This document shows, one piece after another, positions 10,847-22,356 of a stretch of 64,000 nt of DNA; position 1 is the stretch's first letter; the number at the start of each line of letters is the position of its first letter. A program made the position numbers and the translations under genes. The DNA comes from an uncultured cyanobacterium. Lineage in GTDB: Bacteria; Cyanobacteriota; Cyanobacteriia; Cyanobacteriales; CAWCAG01. The stretch is from NCBI GenBank assembly GCA_963793425.1, contig CAWCAG010000007.1:704001-768000 (forward strand), read 5' to 3'. Below the pieces are notes generated by a model that worked only from the letters and a program-made list of their open reading frames with translations, ran no database searches and was not told where the DNA came from.

Positions 10847-10855
10847 TGTTATAAT
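10847..10855 (+). promoter_or_regulatory. Extended -10 promoter element
   Basis: TGTTATAAT (TGnTATAAT) upstream of the structured region. Confidence 0.45.
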
Positions 10856-10894
10856 AATCTCAGCAGATAAAATTCAATCTCAACTAAAAAAAAT

Positions 10895-11067
10895 ATTCTT
10901 TCGGAGCGGGGTAGGGAGCTTTCTTAAAACGGGCATGGAAGGCAAACATCTACCCTGAGAACTTTTAGCCAGAATTACTCAATAGATATCTCCGGGAATC
11001 AAAAACCAAATCAATTCTTACCACCGTAGCCTAACGGCAATCATAAGCGCTAACCCTCTTTTCCACC
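10895..11067 (+). ncRNA. Candidate structured non-coding RNA or 5' leader
   Basis: GC-richer island in an AT-rich intergenic region with nested helices: 10901-10906/10990-10995, 10908-10915/10949-10956, 10918-10923/10938-10943, and hairpin CCGT-AGCCTA-ACGG at 11024-11037. Family not identified. Confidence 0.45.
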
Positions 11068-11206
11068 AGATATCTAACAATTCATCACTCAATTTAGCAA
11101 CGCCAATTATAATTTTTTTGTCATCTCAGTAACAAACTCCAATTCTTAGCGCATACTTAAGCAACATTGTTTCATTTTTGCTAGAAATTTTAGTAGTAAC
11201 TTAGTC

Positions 11207-14200
11207 GTGGCAACCAAATCTCTATCTTCATTAATTCCTTGGATTAAGTCTCTATGCTTAGGCATAGCCTTCACCTCGTTTACCTTTCCTACTTTTGCTC
11301 AACCGATTACTACAGCAGAAGATGGTACGGGAACAATCATTAATATTGAAGGTAATTTGATCACCATCCAAGGTGGCTCTCTTTCCGGAGATGGACAAAA
11401 CTTATTTCACAGTTTTCAAACTTTTGGGCTTAGTGCCGAACAGATTGCCAATTTCCTCACTAATCCTCAAATTAATAATATCTTGGGTCGGGTTGTTGGG
11501 GGTGATCCTTCTTTAATTAACGGTTTAATTCAGGTTATGGGGGGCGACTCTAACTTATATTTGATGAATCCAGCCGGAATAGTTTTTGGTGCAGGGGCAA
11601 GTTTGAATGTACCTGGAGACTTTACCGCTACTACGGCAACGGGTATTGGTTTTGGTGATCATGGCTGGTTTAACACTTTCGGCAGCACTGATTACAGTAG
11701 TTTAATTGGCAATCCTGGGGATTTTGCTTTTGATTTAGCCCAACCTGGAACCATTATTAATGGTGGGGATTTGAGAGTTAGTGAAGGCAATAATATTACC
11801 CTTTTGGGTAACAATGCCCTTAACACCGGAACCATAACTGCACCGGAAGGCACTATTACCATTGCGGCTGTACCAGGAACAAGTCGCATCCGCATTTCTC
11901 AACCAGGACAGTTATTAAGCTTAGAAATTGAACCACCCAGAGATACTAACGGGGCTGTTATTCCCTTCACTCCTTTAGATTTGCCAGGATTATTAGCGAC
12001 AACTCCGACTAACTTCGCTACAGGGTTGACGGTTAATGGAGATGGACAGGTTATTCTGCAAGGTATTAATGTTGCTGATGCTAGTACAAAAGAAACAACC
12101 ATTGTTTTTGGGCAGCTTAATGCAGCCTCGGCAACAGGGCAAGGTGGGGAAATCAACTTGTTGGGGCAGCAAGTAGGAACTATTGATGCAGAGATTGATG
12201 CTTCAGGAAGTGAAGGTGGTGGGCAAATACGCATTGGTGGAGATTATCAAGGTAAAGGGACAATCCCTAATGCTCAACAAACCTTTGTTAATCAAAATAC
12301 TAACATCCTTGCGGATGGAACACAAACGGGAAACGGGGGGCGTATTATTGTCTGGGGGGATGATAATACCCAATTTTGGGGAAACATTAGCGCCACTGGA
12401 GGAATGCAAAGTGGTGATGGTGGATTTGTTGAAGTTAGTGGCAGAAAAAATCTTCTTTTTCAAGGTACAGTAGATACTTCAGCAGAATTTGGAGAGAATG
12501 GCACTTTATTATTAGATCCTACAGATATTAACATTGTTGCGGGAGCAACTAACCCAGGTAACGCTGGGGATGGGATTTGGGCTTTTGCAGAAGATGCCAT
12601 GGGAACTCAAAGTATTGGTGCGGATGCCATTGCAACTCTCCTCAATAGCAATGACCTTATTTTACAAGCTACCAATGATATTAATGTTGATAGTTCCGTT
12701 AACTATACAGGCCCAACTAATCGGGCTTTAACTTTAGAAGCTGGTAACTCAATTATCTTTGCTAACAGTGCCATCATTGCATCTACATTAGCAGCTTTGG
12801 ATGTTACTCTTGATGCTGGGACAGGAGAGATTTCTTTAGGTACAAGTGCTAGGGTGAGTTCTAACGGGGGTAACATCACCTTAGATAGCGACAACACTAT
12901 CGATACTAGTAATGGTATACTCCTCAGTAATTCTCGTACTGGCGGTGGTAATATTCTACTTAATGCAGTTGGCAATATTGATGCAGGTACTATTCTAAGT
13001 ACAGCTAGTGTTTCTGGGCAATCTGGTTCCATCACCTTAAATAGCACTGGAGGAAGCATTAACGCTTCAGGAAGGATTGATGCTTCTTCTCTTGATACAG
13101 CAGATGCTAATAATATTACTATAACTGCTAACAATGATGTAAATATATTATTAGGATCAGCCTTTGTTGATAGTTCCGCGAATGGATCTGGTGCAGCAGG
13201 CAATGCAGGAAATGTTGCAATTAGGAGTCGAACCGGGCAAATTGATACATTGGAATTAGTGCTGAGTCTTTACGGGATAATAGTTCAGGAGGCGATGTTA
13301 CCCTTACTGCGGCTTTTGGTATTACGACAACAAATATCTTCTCCTCAACAGACTCAGATACTTCTGCTGGGCAAGGAGGGGCTGTTGCCTTAAGTACAAC
13401 CAATGGTAGCATTAACTTAACATCAATAATATCTCGTTCCCGCTCTAGACCCGGGAATGCCAGGGATGGTGGTTCAGTTACAGCAGTAGCTAATAATGGT
13501 GATGTTAATATTAGTAGTATCCTTTCAGGTTCTTATACACCAACATCTTCAACAGGAACTTCTGGTGACGGTGGTTCAATTCGCTTACAAAGTGGCAGAG
13601 AGATTAGCATTGCCAATAGAATAGACTCATCATCCTTTGCTGCTACTAATGCTGGGACTGGCGGAGAAATTATTCTCCAAGCTCCTGATAGAATTACTGT
13701 TCAGGAAGTTAATACTATTATAAATGATGTCGATCCTGCGGTTAGGGCTTCAGTCACTTCCAACTATGGCGATATCAGCTTAACAGCCGATGAAATTGAC
13801 TTCACTGGGGGCAATAATCAAGTTATTGGCGAAGGTGCAATCACCTTGCAAACTTTTAATGCTACTCAAGCAATTGCTGTCGGCAATGCCGCAGACACAG
13901 CAGCTTTAGACATAACCCAGCAAGACTTAGATGCTTTAGCCACTGGTTTTAGTTCCATCACCATCGGTAGGGATAATGGTAGCGGCACTTTAACTGTCCC
14001 CGGAGATATTGAATTTTCTGACCCTATTACCCTGCGATCGCCCTTGGGTACAATCAATACCACAGGTACAACTCTATCAGGTACAGACGATGCCACCATT
14101 AACCTAGAAGCAAATCAAATACTACTGGGTAATTTGGTTAATCCTGGTCGCGATATTTCCCTAACTAGCAACGATGCTATTAACATCAACACTAGCACCG

Positions 14201-16175
14201 TTGATAGTAGTTCTGCCAATGGGGGAGGTGATATTAATATTAATACTGTTAATGATATTACCGTTGGTGATCTTAACTCTAGTGGCGGTGTGGATGCAGG
14301 AGGAAACATCAACCTAACCAGTAGCAATGGGGGGATTACTACAGGCAATCTCACCTCTTCCGGAAATAGCGCAGGGGGAGATATTAATGTTAGAGCTAGC
14401 ACTCAAATCACCACCCAAGCAATCGACTCTAGTAGCAATTCTGGTAAAGGAGGAGACGTTCTTCTCGATCCTAGTGGCGACATTCAAGTTGGTTCCATCA
14501 ATACCCAAGGAGGCACTGTAGGAGGTTCTGTAGATATTACTACAGAAAGCAACTTCCGAGCCACAGATACCTTTACGGCTAATGGTTTGCCCACAAGTAT
14601 TTTCAGCTATGGCCCCACCCAAAGCGGAGATATTACCATTCGCCATGGTGGTGACGGTGTTGTACCTTTTGTGGTGGGAGATGCGATAACCAATGGCACA
14701 GCAGGGGCTATATCTAGTGGGGACTTTGCCATACTTCCGCCCCAGTCTTACCTCTTTACCCAGCAACGGGGTAACATCCAAATTATTAGTACCGATGCCC
14801 CTAATCAAAATCCTCCAAATCTGGATCTTGCTGCTATCGACTCTTTGATTAGGAATCTGTTTGGTTTTGATCCTAATCTGCGTTCCTTAGAAGGAGTAGT
14901 AATTAACTTTCCCTTGGAAAAAGGTAAAATTCTGAATCTTCCCATTGAAAACACAGTCACAGAATTAGAATCTCAATTAACCGAGGAGTTTGAGCAACAT
15001 CTGGGTTTAAGTGGTACTTCTACCCTGAATTTAGAAAAGATTCAAGCTACCCTCAAAGAAATTGCCGCAACTACCAAAAGTCAACCCGCCGTTATATACG
15101 TTTTTTTTGCCCCAGTACATTAGCCTCAACAGGCAGTAAGCAATTCACCAATCAATTAGAACTAATTTTGGTCACTGCTTCCGGGCAACCCATTCGTAAA
15201 CAAGTGAGTATTCCTCAAAAAGAAGTTTTGCGAGTAGCCAATGAATTACGAAGTAGCATAACCAATTTTAATCGACCGAAAGGTTATCAGATTCCTGCCC
15301 AAAAAATGTATAACTGGTTAATTACTCCCTTAGAAGCAGACTTACAAGCGCAAGGACTGGATCATCTTGTGTTCATTATGCCAACCAACCTGCGTTCTAT
15401 CCCCTTGGCAGCCCTCCATGATGGTCAAAATTTTGTGATCGAGAAGTATGGGGTTAGTTTAATGCCTAGTCTTTCTTTAACAGACAGTCGCTATAGAGAT
15501 ATTAGTAATGCTAATGTTTTGGCTATGGGGGCAGCAGAATTCACCAATGCTCAACCCCTCCCAGCGGTTCCTGTAGAATTAAAAGCGATCGCCGGAAATT
15601 TATGGCCAGGGGATTTTTTTCTTAACCAAGATTTTACCCTCAAAAGTATGCAAACTGCCCGCCATCGCAAACAGTATGGCATTGTCCATTTAGCAACCCA
15701 CGGCGAATTTAAACCGGGAGAGTTGAAAAATTCCTACATTCAATTATGGGATAGGAAACTCTCCCTTGCTCAATTATCTAGCTTGGAATTACATAAACCT
15801 CCCCTTAACTTGCTAGTTTTAAGTGCCTGTAACACTGCTTTAGGAGATGCTCAGTCTGAATTGGGTTTTGCTGGTTTAGCGGTTTTAGCTGGGGTGAAAT
15901 CTGCCCTTGGCAGCCTCTGGTATGTTAGTGATGAAGGTACTGTAGCTTTGATGACAAATTTCTATGGTCAACTGCGGAATACCTCAGTTAAAGTAGAAGC
16001 CTTGCGCCAAGCCCAGTTGGCGATGGTGCGGGGAGAATCGAGAATAGTTAATGGGCAAATCACAACCCCTCAAGGTAATTTTTCCCTGCCCCTAGAGTTA
16101 GCCAAGATGGGAGATACAGATTTAACTCATCCTTACTATTGGAGTTCATTTACTTTAATTGGTAGCCCTTGGTAA
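11207..16175 (+). pseudogene. Filamentous-haemagglutinin (TpsA)-type exoprotein with C-terminal CHAT domain, split by two 1-nt deletions (real or sequencing error)
   Basis: Signal peptide plus TPS motifs ([28 protein letters not shown]). The reading frame shifts near 13250 (ACA TT GGA) and near 15110 (GCCCC AGT). The frames are otherwise open and join to about 1656 aa ending in a CHAT domain (HLATHGEF, LVLSACNT, HPYYWSSF). Confidence 0.85.
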
Positions 16176-16189
16176 TCATCTTGTGGGCA

Positions 16190-16441
16190 TCACTGTTGAA
16201 ACGGTTCTTGCCCAATTCCTAATTGCTTCTTAGTTCGCTTAAGCTCTTTCCAAAGTCCCTTAATTTTTTTATAAGACTCTTCTGGGGAAATTTTCCCCCC
16301 TGTTTCTAAGTTACAAATTACATTCACTTGTTGAGAAAACTCTTGTAAATTAGCGTTGAATACTAAATTTTCTGGCTTTACTTGACCGTAATAACGACTA
16401 CGCGGATTGAAAAAATTATATTTATCTGTTCTTTTAGCCAT
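16190..16441 (-). CDS. Conserved cyanobacterial small hypothetical protein
   Basis: PRSRYYG..KPENLVFNANLQEFSQQV..ICNLETGGKISPEE motif; AGGAG RBS upstream. Confidence 0.8.
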   Translation of the reverse strand: MAKRTDKYNFFNPRSRYYGQVKPENLVFNANLQEFSQQVNVICNLETGGKISPEESYKKIKGLWKELKRTKKQLGIGQEPFQQ

Positions 16442-16780
16442 ACTAAAAATCTCCTTATTTAGTTTATATAAAAGTTCTGAATCTATTTTTTCGTGAAGAG
16501 AGTTAGTCTTATCAACCTTTATAACCTAATTGGGATCGCTATTTTGTGATCAAGGAGCAGACTAGCTGTAAGATAGCTACGGCAAAAGGAAAATTTCGGT
16601 AGGGAAGGAGCGAGAATTCAGATAATTCTTGCTTCTGGTTGAATAGTCTATCTACTATCATCTTAACCTGAGCTTAACCAAAAACCGCAATAAGTCCAGA
16701 GAGGGATATTAAATTAATAACATTAGAGCAAGTCGTGAAGAGGGATAATCATACAGATTGTCTGAAGCAGTGTTTATTTT

Positions 16781-17518
16781 ATGTCACCAGCAAAAAAACT
16801 TTATGAAGGCAAAGCCAAAATCATTTACTCTACTGAAGAACCAGAAGTTTTGCTGACGTTTTTCAAAGATGATGCTACGGCCTTTAATGCCCAGAAAAAA
16901 GGACAAATTCGCGGCAAAGGCGAAGTTAACTGCTCTATCTCTGCGGCTTTGTTCAAATATCTCGAAGAAAAGGGCATTCCTACCCACTATATCGAACAAG
17001 TTTCTCCTTTAGAAATGCGAGTCCGGGCTGTAAAAATCATTCCAGTGGAAGTTGTAGTTAGGAACATTGCAGCAGGTAGTCTCTGTCAACAGACTGGATT
17101 GCCTTTAGGCAAAGTATTATTATCTCCCTTGGTAGAGTTTTATCTTAAAGACGATGCTCTAGGAGATCCTTTATTAACCAGAGATCGCTTGCTGCTTTTG
17201 GAACTAGCAACTCCTGAACAGCTAGAAGAACTTAAAACTATGGCTTTGGCAATTAATCAACATCTTCAAGAGTTCTTTCAAGGTTGTGACCTAACCTTAG
17301 TCGATTTCAAACTGGAATTTGGCTGGGATTCCCAGAACAAATTGCTATTAGCAGACGAAATTAGTCCAGATACTTGTCGTCTTTGGCAACAAGGCGAAAA
17401 AGATCCCCAAGCTAGGGTCATGGATAAAGATAGATTCCGCCGTGATCTTGGTCAAGTAGAATCTGCCTATCGCCAAGTTTGGGAGAGAGTCAAAAGTAGG
17501 AGTAATGTTGATGGCTAA
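16781..17518 (+). CDS. purC: SAICAR synthetase
   Basis: LYEGKAK, FKDDATAFNA, IPVEVVVRN.AAGS, LVDFKLEFG, LADEISPDTCRLW, DKDRFR. Confidence 0.98.
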   Translation: MSPAKKLYEGKAKIIYSTEEPEVLLTFFKDDATAFNAQKKGQIRGKGEVNCSISAALFKYLEEKGIPTHYIEQVSPLEMRVRAVKIIPVEVVVRNIAAGSLCQQTGLPLGKVLLSPLVEFYLKDDALGDPLLTRDRLLLLELATPEQLEELKTMALAINQHLQEFFQGCDLTLVDFKLEFGWDSQNKLLLADEISPDTCRLWQQGEKDPQARVMDKDRFRRDLGQVESAYRQVWERVKSRSNVDG

Positions 17519-17617
17519 TAGTGGGCATGACAACTAATCCCAAACAATTTACCCTTAACAATTAACCCAATTAGTTTTATTCGGTGTGTGGCAGTGCAAA
17601 AAAAAGCTTTTAATTGT

Positions 17618-19777
17618 ATGCGTTTATCTCTTTTAACAACCTTTCTCACAGCCTCAGCTATTCTTGGTCTTTTAGAACCGGCCAGAAGTCAGATTGAGGA
17701 AACAGCAATATCTCAAACAGAAACTGAATTACAGCAGGTTTCACCAACGCCAGATTTATTAGTAAGTTCCGATAACTTAGTGATAGAAACTGTAGATAAG
17801 CCAGAATTTTCTACCACAGGAACACAAGTAGAAACAAATTCAATTAACCCAGAAGTTTTACTCAGTAATTTATCTGTAGGAGAACAGTCGGGGCAAATTA
17901 ACCTACCTCTGATTGCTCAGCAAGACACCACTGAAACCGAGAATAATCAAGATGATCCTACTGAAGCAGAAGAAGCACGGGTTTTAGTAGGAGAAGTACT
18001 GGTTGTAGGTGCAGAAGGCATAACCGTTACTGATGATAATGGGCAACAAGTCCCTCTCGAAAATCTAGTTTACGATAATATCAGCACCAAACCAGGTCGA
18101 ACCACAACTCGCTCTAAACTTCAAGAAGACCTCAACGCTGTTTATGCTACTGGTTACTTTGCTAACGCGACAGTAGTTCCTGAAGATACACCTTTAGGGG
18201 TAAGAATTGTCTTCAACGTTGAACCAAATCCTGTATTAAATAATATAGCTGTCCAAACCCTTCCTGATGATGCCCAAACCCAAGTATTGACTCAAGATGT
18301 AGTTAATGATATCTTCGGCGAACAATACGGTTCTATCCTCAATCTGCGGGAATTACAGGATAATATTGAAGAACTCAACGAATGGTATAGAGAACAGGGT
18401 TATGAACTTGCCCAAGTAATCGGCACTTCTGATATAAGTAGCAATGGTTTACTTACCTTGAGAGTTGCAGAAGGGGTAATTGAAGATGTCCAGGTCAGAT
18501 TTTTTAATGAAGAAGGGGAAGAAGTTGACGGACGAACCCGCGACTTCATTGTGACGCGAGAAGTTGAACTGAAAGCAGGGGATGTATTTAACCGGGAAAC
18601 CGCCTTAAGAGACTTACAAAGAGTCTTTGGTTTGGGTTTATTCGATAACCCCCGTTTTACCCCCCAACCGGGAGAAGACCCCAGTAAAGTAGTGCTGAAC
18701 GTCGATGTGGTAGAAAGAAGCACAGGTTCTATTGCGGCTGGGGCTGGTCTTAGTTCCGCTAGTGGTTTATTTGGTACTGTAAGTTATCAACAACAAAACC
18801 TGGGGGGAAATAACCAAACCGTTGGCGCAGAACTCCAATTGGGTACAAGGGAATTTCTTTTTGATCTCCGCTTCACCGATCCTTGGATCGCCACTGACCC
18901 TTACCGTACTTCCTACACTGTCAATGCTTTTCGCCGCAGATCAATTTCCCTAATCTTCGATGGGGGAGAAACTGAAGTCGATTTAGCCAATGGCGATACC
19001 CCACGGGTCTTACGTACAGGTGGCGGTATTACCTTCTCTCGTCCTTTAGAACCTAATCCTTTCAGGAGATCGGATTGGCGACTTTCGGCAGGATTCCAAT
19101 ACCAGCGGGTCAATATTCGGGATGCTGACGGAGAAACAACTCCCTTAGATGAATTGGGTAATGATCTGAGTTTTAGCGGTTCTGGTCAGGATGACTTATT
19201 TAGCTTCCGTTTGGGGGCTGTAAGGGATTTACGAGATAGTCCTTTGCAACCGACTCAAGGTTCCTTACTGCGTTTAGGAATGGATCAAACCGTACCCATC
19301 GGTGAAGGAAGCATTTTCTTTAACCGGGTTAGGGCTAGCTACAGCTACTATATCCCCGTAAATTACACCAATTTTAGCGAAGGAGCCGAAGCTCTAGCTT
19401 TCAATATTCAAGGGGGTACAATCCTGGGAGACGTACCACCCTACGAAGCCTTTGCCATGGGGGGGACAGACTCTGTTCGTGGTTATGAAGCAGGAGATGT
19501 GGGTAGCGGTCGTAGTTATCTTCAAGCCACAGCGGAATATCGTTTCCCGGTCTTTTCTGTCATCGGCGGTGCGTTATTCGTTGATGTCGCCAGTGACTTA
19601 GGTACAGGGGATAATGTCCTAGGTAACCCAGCAGGAGTAAGGGATAAGCCAGGTAGTGGTATTGGTTATGGTCTTGGGGTTCGTATCCAATCTCCCTTGG
19701 GACCAATCAGAATTGACTATGGCCTTAACGACCAAGGAGACAGTCGTATTCACTTTGGCATTGGAGAAAGATTTTAA
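17618..19777 (+). CDS. bamA: BamA/Omp85 outer membrane protein assembly factor
   Basis: POTRA domains, GG.DSVRGY, C-terminal GLGVRIQSPLGPIRIDYG..HFGIGERF; sits upstream of lpxC. ATG at 17618 preferred. Confidence 0.93.
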   Translation: MRLSLLTTFLTASAILGLLEPARSQIEETAISQTETELQQVSPTPDLLVSSDNLVIETVDKPEFSTTGTQVETNSINPEVLLSNLSVGEQSGQINLPLIAQQDTTETENNQDDPTEAEEARVLVGEVLVVGAEGITVTDDNGQQVPLENLVYDNISTKPGRTTTRSKLQEDLNAVYATGYFANATVVPEDTPLGVRIVFNVEPNPVLNNIAVQTLPDDAQTQVLTQDVVNDIFGEQYGSILNLRELQDNIEELNEWYREQGYELAQVIGTSDISSNGLLTLRVAEGVIEDVQVRFFNEEGEEVDGRTRDFIVTREVELKAGDVFNRETALRDLQRVFGLGLFDNPRFTPQPGEDPSKVVLNVDVVERSTGSIAAGAGLSSASGLFGTVSYQQQNLGGNNQTVGAELQLGTREFLFDLRFTDPWIATDPYRTSYTVNAFRRRSISLIFDGGETEVDLANGDTPRVLRTGGGITFSRPLEPNPFRRSDWRLSAGFQYQRVNIRDADGETTPLDELGNDLSFSGSGQDDLFSFRLGAVRDLRDSPLQPTQGSLLRLGMDQTVPIGEGSIFFNRVRASYSYYIPVNYTNFSEGAEALAFNIQGGTILGDVPPYEAFAMGGTDSVRGYEAGDVGSGRSYLQATAEYRFPVFSVIGGALFVDVASDLGTGDNVLGNPAGVRDKPGSGIGYGLGVRIQSPLGPIRIDYGLNDQGDSRIHFGIGERF

Positions 19778-19794
19778 TCAATGAGCAATGATCA

Positions 19795-19853
19795 GTAGGG
19801 GCAACCCGTTTTCAAAGTATTATCAATTAACCAAAATCTTGATTGGGTTGCCC
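19795..19853. repeat. GTAG-type REP-like palindrome
   Basis: GTAGGGGCAACCC...GGGTTGCCC; a related half-copy is at 54206. Confidence 0.55.
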
Positions 19854-19937
19854 ACCTCAGCGCATGATTTTGAACAGGGACTTCTTACCTCATCTAATGA
19901 GAAAGCTTACGAATCATGATTTTTGAGTTGATAAATT

Positions 19938-20792
19938 GTGGATAATTTAGTATTAACAGAGCAAAGTGGTTTGCATTCCGCTTTTACCATTACGGGAGTA
20001 GGACTCCATTCTGGAGTTGAAACCCAAGTAAAAGTACTGCCAGCCCAACCAGGAGAAGGGCGTTATTTTGTGCGAGTAGATTTGCCAGAACAACCCATAA
20101 TTCCTGCTCAAATTAACGCTGTAGGGGAAACGACCTTATCTACAGAACTAAAAAAAGAAAATGCCTCTGTAAGGACGGTAGAACATCTCCTAGCAGCCTT
20201 AGCTGCTAGTGGGGTAGAAAATGCTCGTATTGAAATCAACGGCCCTGAAGTGCCTCTTATGGATGGTTCAGCCAAGGTTTGGGTTGAGGCTATTGAAAAA
20301 GCTGGATCAACCCCCATCTCCCCATCTCCCCCTCTTTCTATTCTTTCTTCCTCCATTTGGGTTAGAGAAGGAGACGCTTTCGTGGCTGCCCTACCCTCTC
20401 CAGAAACCCGTTTTACCTACGGTATTGATTTTTCCCTCCCGGCCATTGGTAACCAGTGGCATAGTTGGCATCCGGCTTCAGAAAAATTTGCAGAGGCGAT
20501 CGCTCCAGCCAGAACTTTTTGTTTGGCGCATCAAATTGAGCAATTACGGCAAATGGGCTTAATCAAAGGTGGTAGTTTAGATAATGCCCTCGTTTGTGAT
20601 GAAAAAGGCTGGCTTAATCCTCCCTTGAGATTTGCAAATGAGCCAGCTCGTCATAAACTTTTAGACTTAGTGGGAGATTTAAGTTTGTTGGGGAGTTTTC
20701 CCCAAGCCCACTTCCTAGCTTATAAAGCTAGCCATAAACTGCATATTCAGTTGGGCAGAGAGCTTTTTGCCCTCCAGTCAAGACCGTTATAA
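19938..20792 (+). CDS. lpxC: UDP-3-O-acyl-N-acetylglucosamine deacetylase
   Basis: [50 protein letters not shown]. Confidence 0.98.
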   Translation: MDNLVLTEQSGLHSAFTITGVGLHSGVETQVKVLPAQPGEGRYFVRVDLPEQPIIPAQINAVGETTLSTELKKENASVRTVEHLLAALAASGVENARIEINGPEVPLMDGSAKVWVEAIEKAGSTPISPSPPLSILSSSIWVREGDAFVAALPSPETRFTYGIDFSLPAIGNQWHSWHPASEKFAEAIAPARTFCLAHQIEQLRQMGLIKGGSLDNALVCDEKGWLNPPLRFANEPARHKLLDLVGDLSLLGSFPQAHFLAYKASHKLHIQLGRELFALQSRPL

Positions 20793-20815
20793 ACTACCAC
20801 CTTTTTGAAAAGCCT

Positions 20816-21319
20816 ATGTCCGCAATTGCTGATGTTAACCAATCAGATCATAAATCCGGCGAGGATGAGCAAAAACCAGTTATCAAAACAACTTTCAATG
20901 TCGAAGAAATTCGTCAATTATTACCTCACCGTTATCCTTTTGCTTTAGTGGATAGAATTATTGATTATGTCCCCGGAGAGAAAGCGGTAGGGATTAAAAA
21001 TGTCACCATCAATGAGCCTTTTTTCCCTGGACATATTCCTGAACGTCCTTTAATGCCTGGGGTACTAATTGTTGAAGCAATGGCTCAAGTAGGTGGCATT
21101 GTTTTAATCCAATTACCTGATATGGCAGGGGGCTTTTTCGCCTTTGCTGGTATTGATAAAGTACGCTTCCGTCGCCCAGTTATTCCTGGAGATCAGTTAG
21201 TGATGACAGTGGAACTCTTATCTTTCAAACTGCGTCGTATCGGTAAGATGCGAGGACGCGCTCTAGTAGATGGTAATTTAGTTGCAGAAGGAGAATTGAT
21301 GTTTTCCTTGATAGACTAA
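20816..21319 (+). CDS. fabZ: 3-hydroxyacyl-ACP dehydratase
   Basis: [38 protein letters not shown]. Confidence 0.98.
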   Translation: MSAIADVNQSDHKSGEDEQKPVIKTTFNVEEIRQLLPHRYPFALVDRIIDYVPGEKAVGIKNVTINEPFFPGHIPERPLMPGVLIVEAMAQVGGIVLIQLPDMAGGFFAFAGIDKVRFRRPVIPGDQLVMTVELLSFKLRRIGKMRGRALVDGNLVAEGELMFSLID

Positions 21320-21482
21320 AAATAATTTAAGTCTTGCTGAATAAGAGCGCAAGCAAAGTATCAAATTGAGCTTTTTTGTTAACTTCTTTCTCTTATAAAT
21401 AGAAAGTAATCTAGCAACCCTCACACGGGTTAAATTTTGCTTACCAAAATCCTTTATGCCCTTGCTTTATAATCATCGCGAC

Positions 21483-22277
21483 TTGAAGACATTGATTCAC
21501 CCCACTGCTGTCATTAATCCTCAAGCTCAATTGCATCCTACAGTTGAAGTAGGCCCCTATGCAATTATTAGCGAAGGGGTGACAATTGGCGCTAATACAA
21601 AAGTTGGACCCCATGTTATTCTTGAAGGCCCTGCTGAAATTGGCGAAGATAATAAGATTTTTCCTGGGGCAGCCATTGGTTTAGAACCCCAAGATTTGAA
21701 GTATCAGGGGGCCAAAAGTTGGGTCAAGATCGGCAACAAAAACAAAATTCGCGAATATGTCACCATCAACCGCGCTACAGGAGAAGGGGAAGTTACTCAA
21801 ATTGGTAACAATAACCTTTTAATGGCCTATGTCCACGTAGCCCATAATTGTGTGTTAGGCAACAATGTCATCATCGCCAACAACGTTGCTTTAGCCGGTC
21901 ACGTTCAAATCGAATCGAGAGCTATAATTGGTGGGGTATTAGGGGTTCATCAATTTGTCCATATCGGTCGCCTCGCTATGGTAGGAGGTATGAGTCGTAT
22001 AGATAGAGATGTACCTCCTTATATGACTACAGAAGGTAATCCTGCTAGAGTTCGTTCCCTTAACTCCATTGGCTTAAAACGGGCTGGTTTGACCCCAGAA
22101 GAATTTAGTTCCCTGAAAAAAGCTTTCCGAGCTATTTATCGTTCTGGGCAGCCGATTAATCAAGCCCTAGAACAGTTAGATTTACTCCCGAATAACGAAT
22201 ATATCCAACACCTACGACGTTTTGTACAATTGTCCATCTCTCCCAAAAGAAGAGGTTTGATTCCCGGTAAGCTATGA
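21483..22277 (+). CDS. lpxA: Acyl-ACP--UDP-N-acetylglucosamine O-acyltransferase
   Basis: IHPTA, hexapeptide repeats, PQDLKY, HVAHNC, VHQFVHIG. TTG at 21483 is the likely start; ATG at 21456 is the alternative. Confidence 0.97.
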   Translation: MKTLIHPTAVINPQAQLHPTVEVGPYAIISEGVTIGANTKVGPHVILEGPAEIGEDNKIFPGAAIGLEPQDLKYQGAKSWVKIGNKNKIREYVTINRATGEGEVTQIGNNNLLMAYVHVAHNCVLGNNVIIANNVALAGHVQIESRAIIGGVLGVHQFVHIGRLAMVGGMSRIDRDVPPYMTTEGNPARVRSLNSIGLKRAGLTPEEFSSLKKAFRAIYRSGQPINQALEQLDLLPNNEYIQHLRRFVQLSISPKRRGLIPGKL

Positions 22278-22298
22278 GAACTAATTGCTCTTTTCCTA

Positions 22299-22342
22299 CT
22301 ACTCCCTACTCCCTACTCCCTACTCCCTACTCCCTGCTCCCT
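22299..22342. repeat. STRR-type heptamer tandem repeat (CTACTCC)n
   Basis: About six copies between lpxA and lpxB; the same unit occurs near 24585, 30820, 32130 and 49346. Confidence 0.85.
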
Positions 22343-22356
22343 GTTAAAGTGACAAT

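Noticed and set aside
10755..10958. 67-aa ORF overlapping the candidate ncRNA
   Set aside because: Its TTG start lies inside a terminator T-tract, it has no RBS, and it has no recognisable protein features.
16550..16615. Purine-rich tract with a TAGCT/AGCTA hairpin and GAAGGAGCG upstream of purC, superficially like a glnA glutamine riboswitch
   Set aside because: It lacks the 5' CGTT strand and the CGGAAGTA core, and I could not build a convincing fold.
22299..22342. Tandem repeats considered as a CRISPR array
   Set aside because: These are 7-bp units without spacers, and there are no cas genes in the window.
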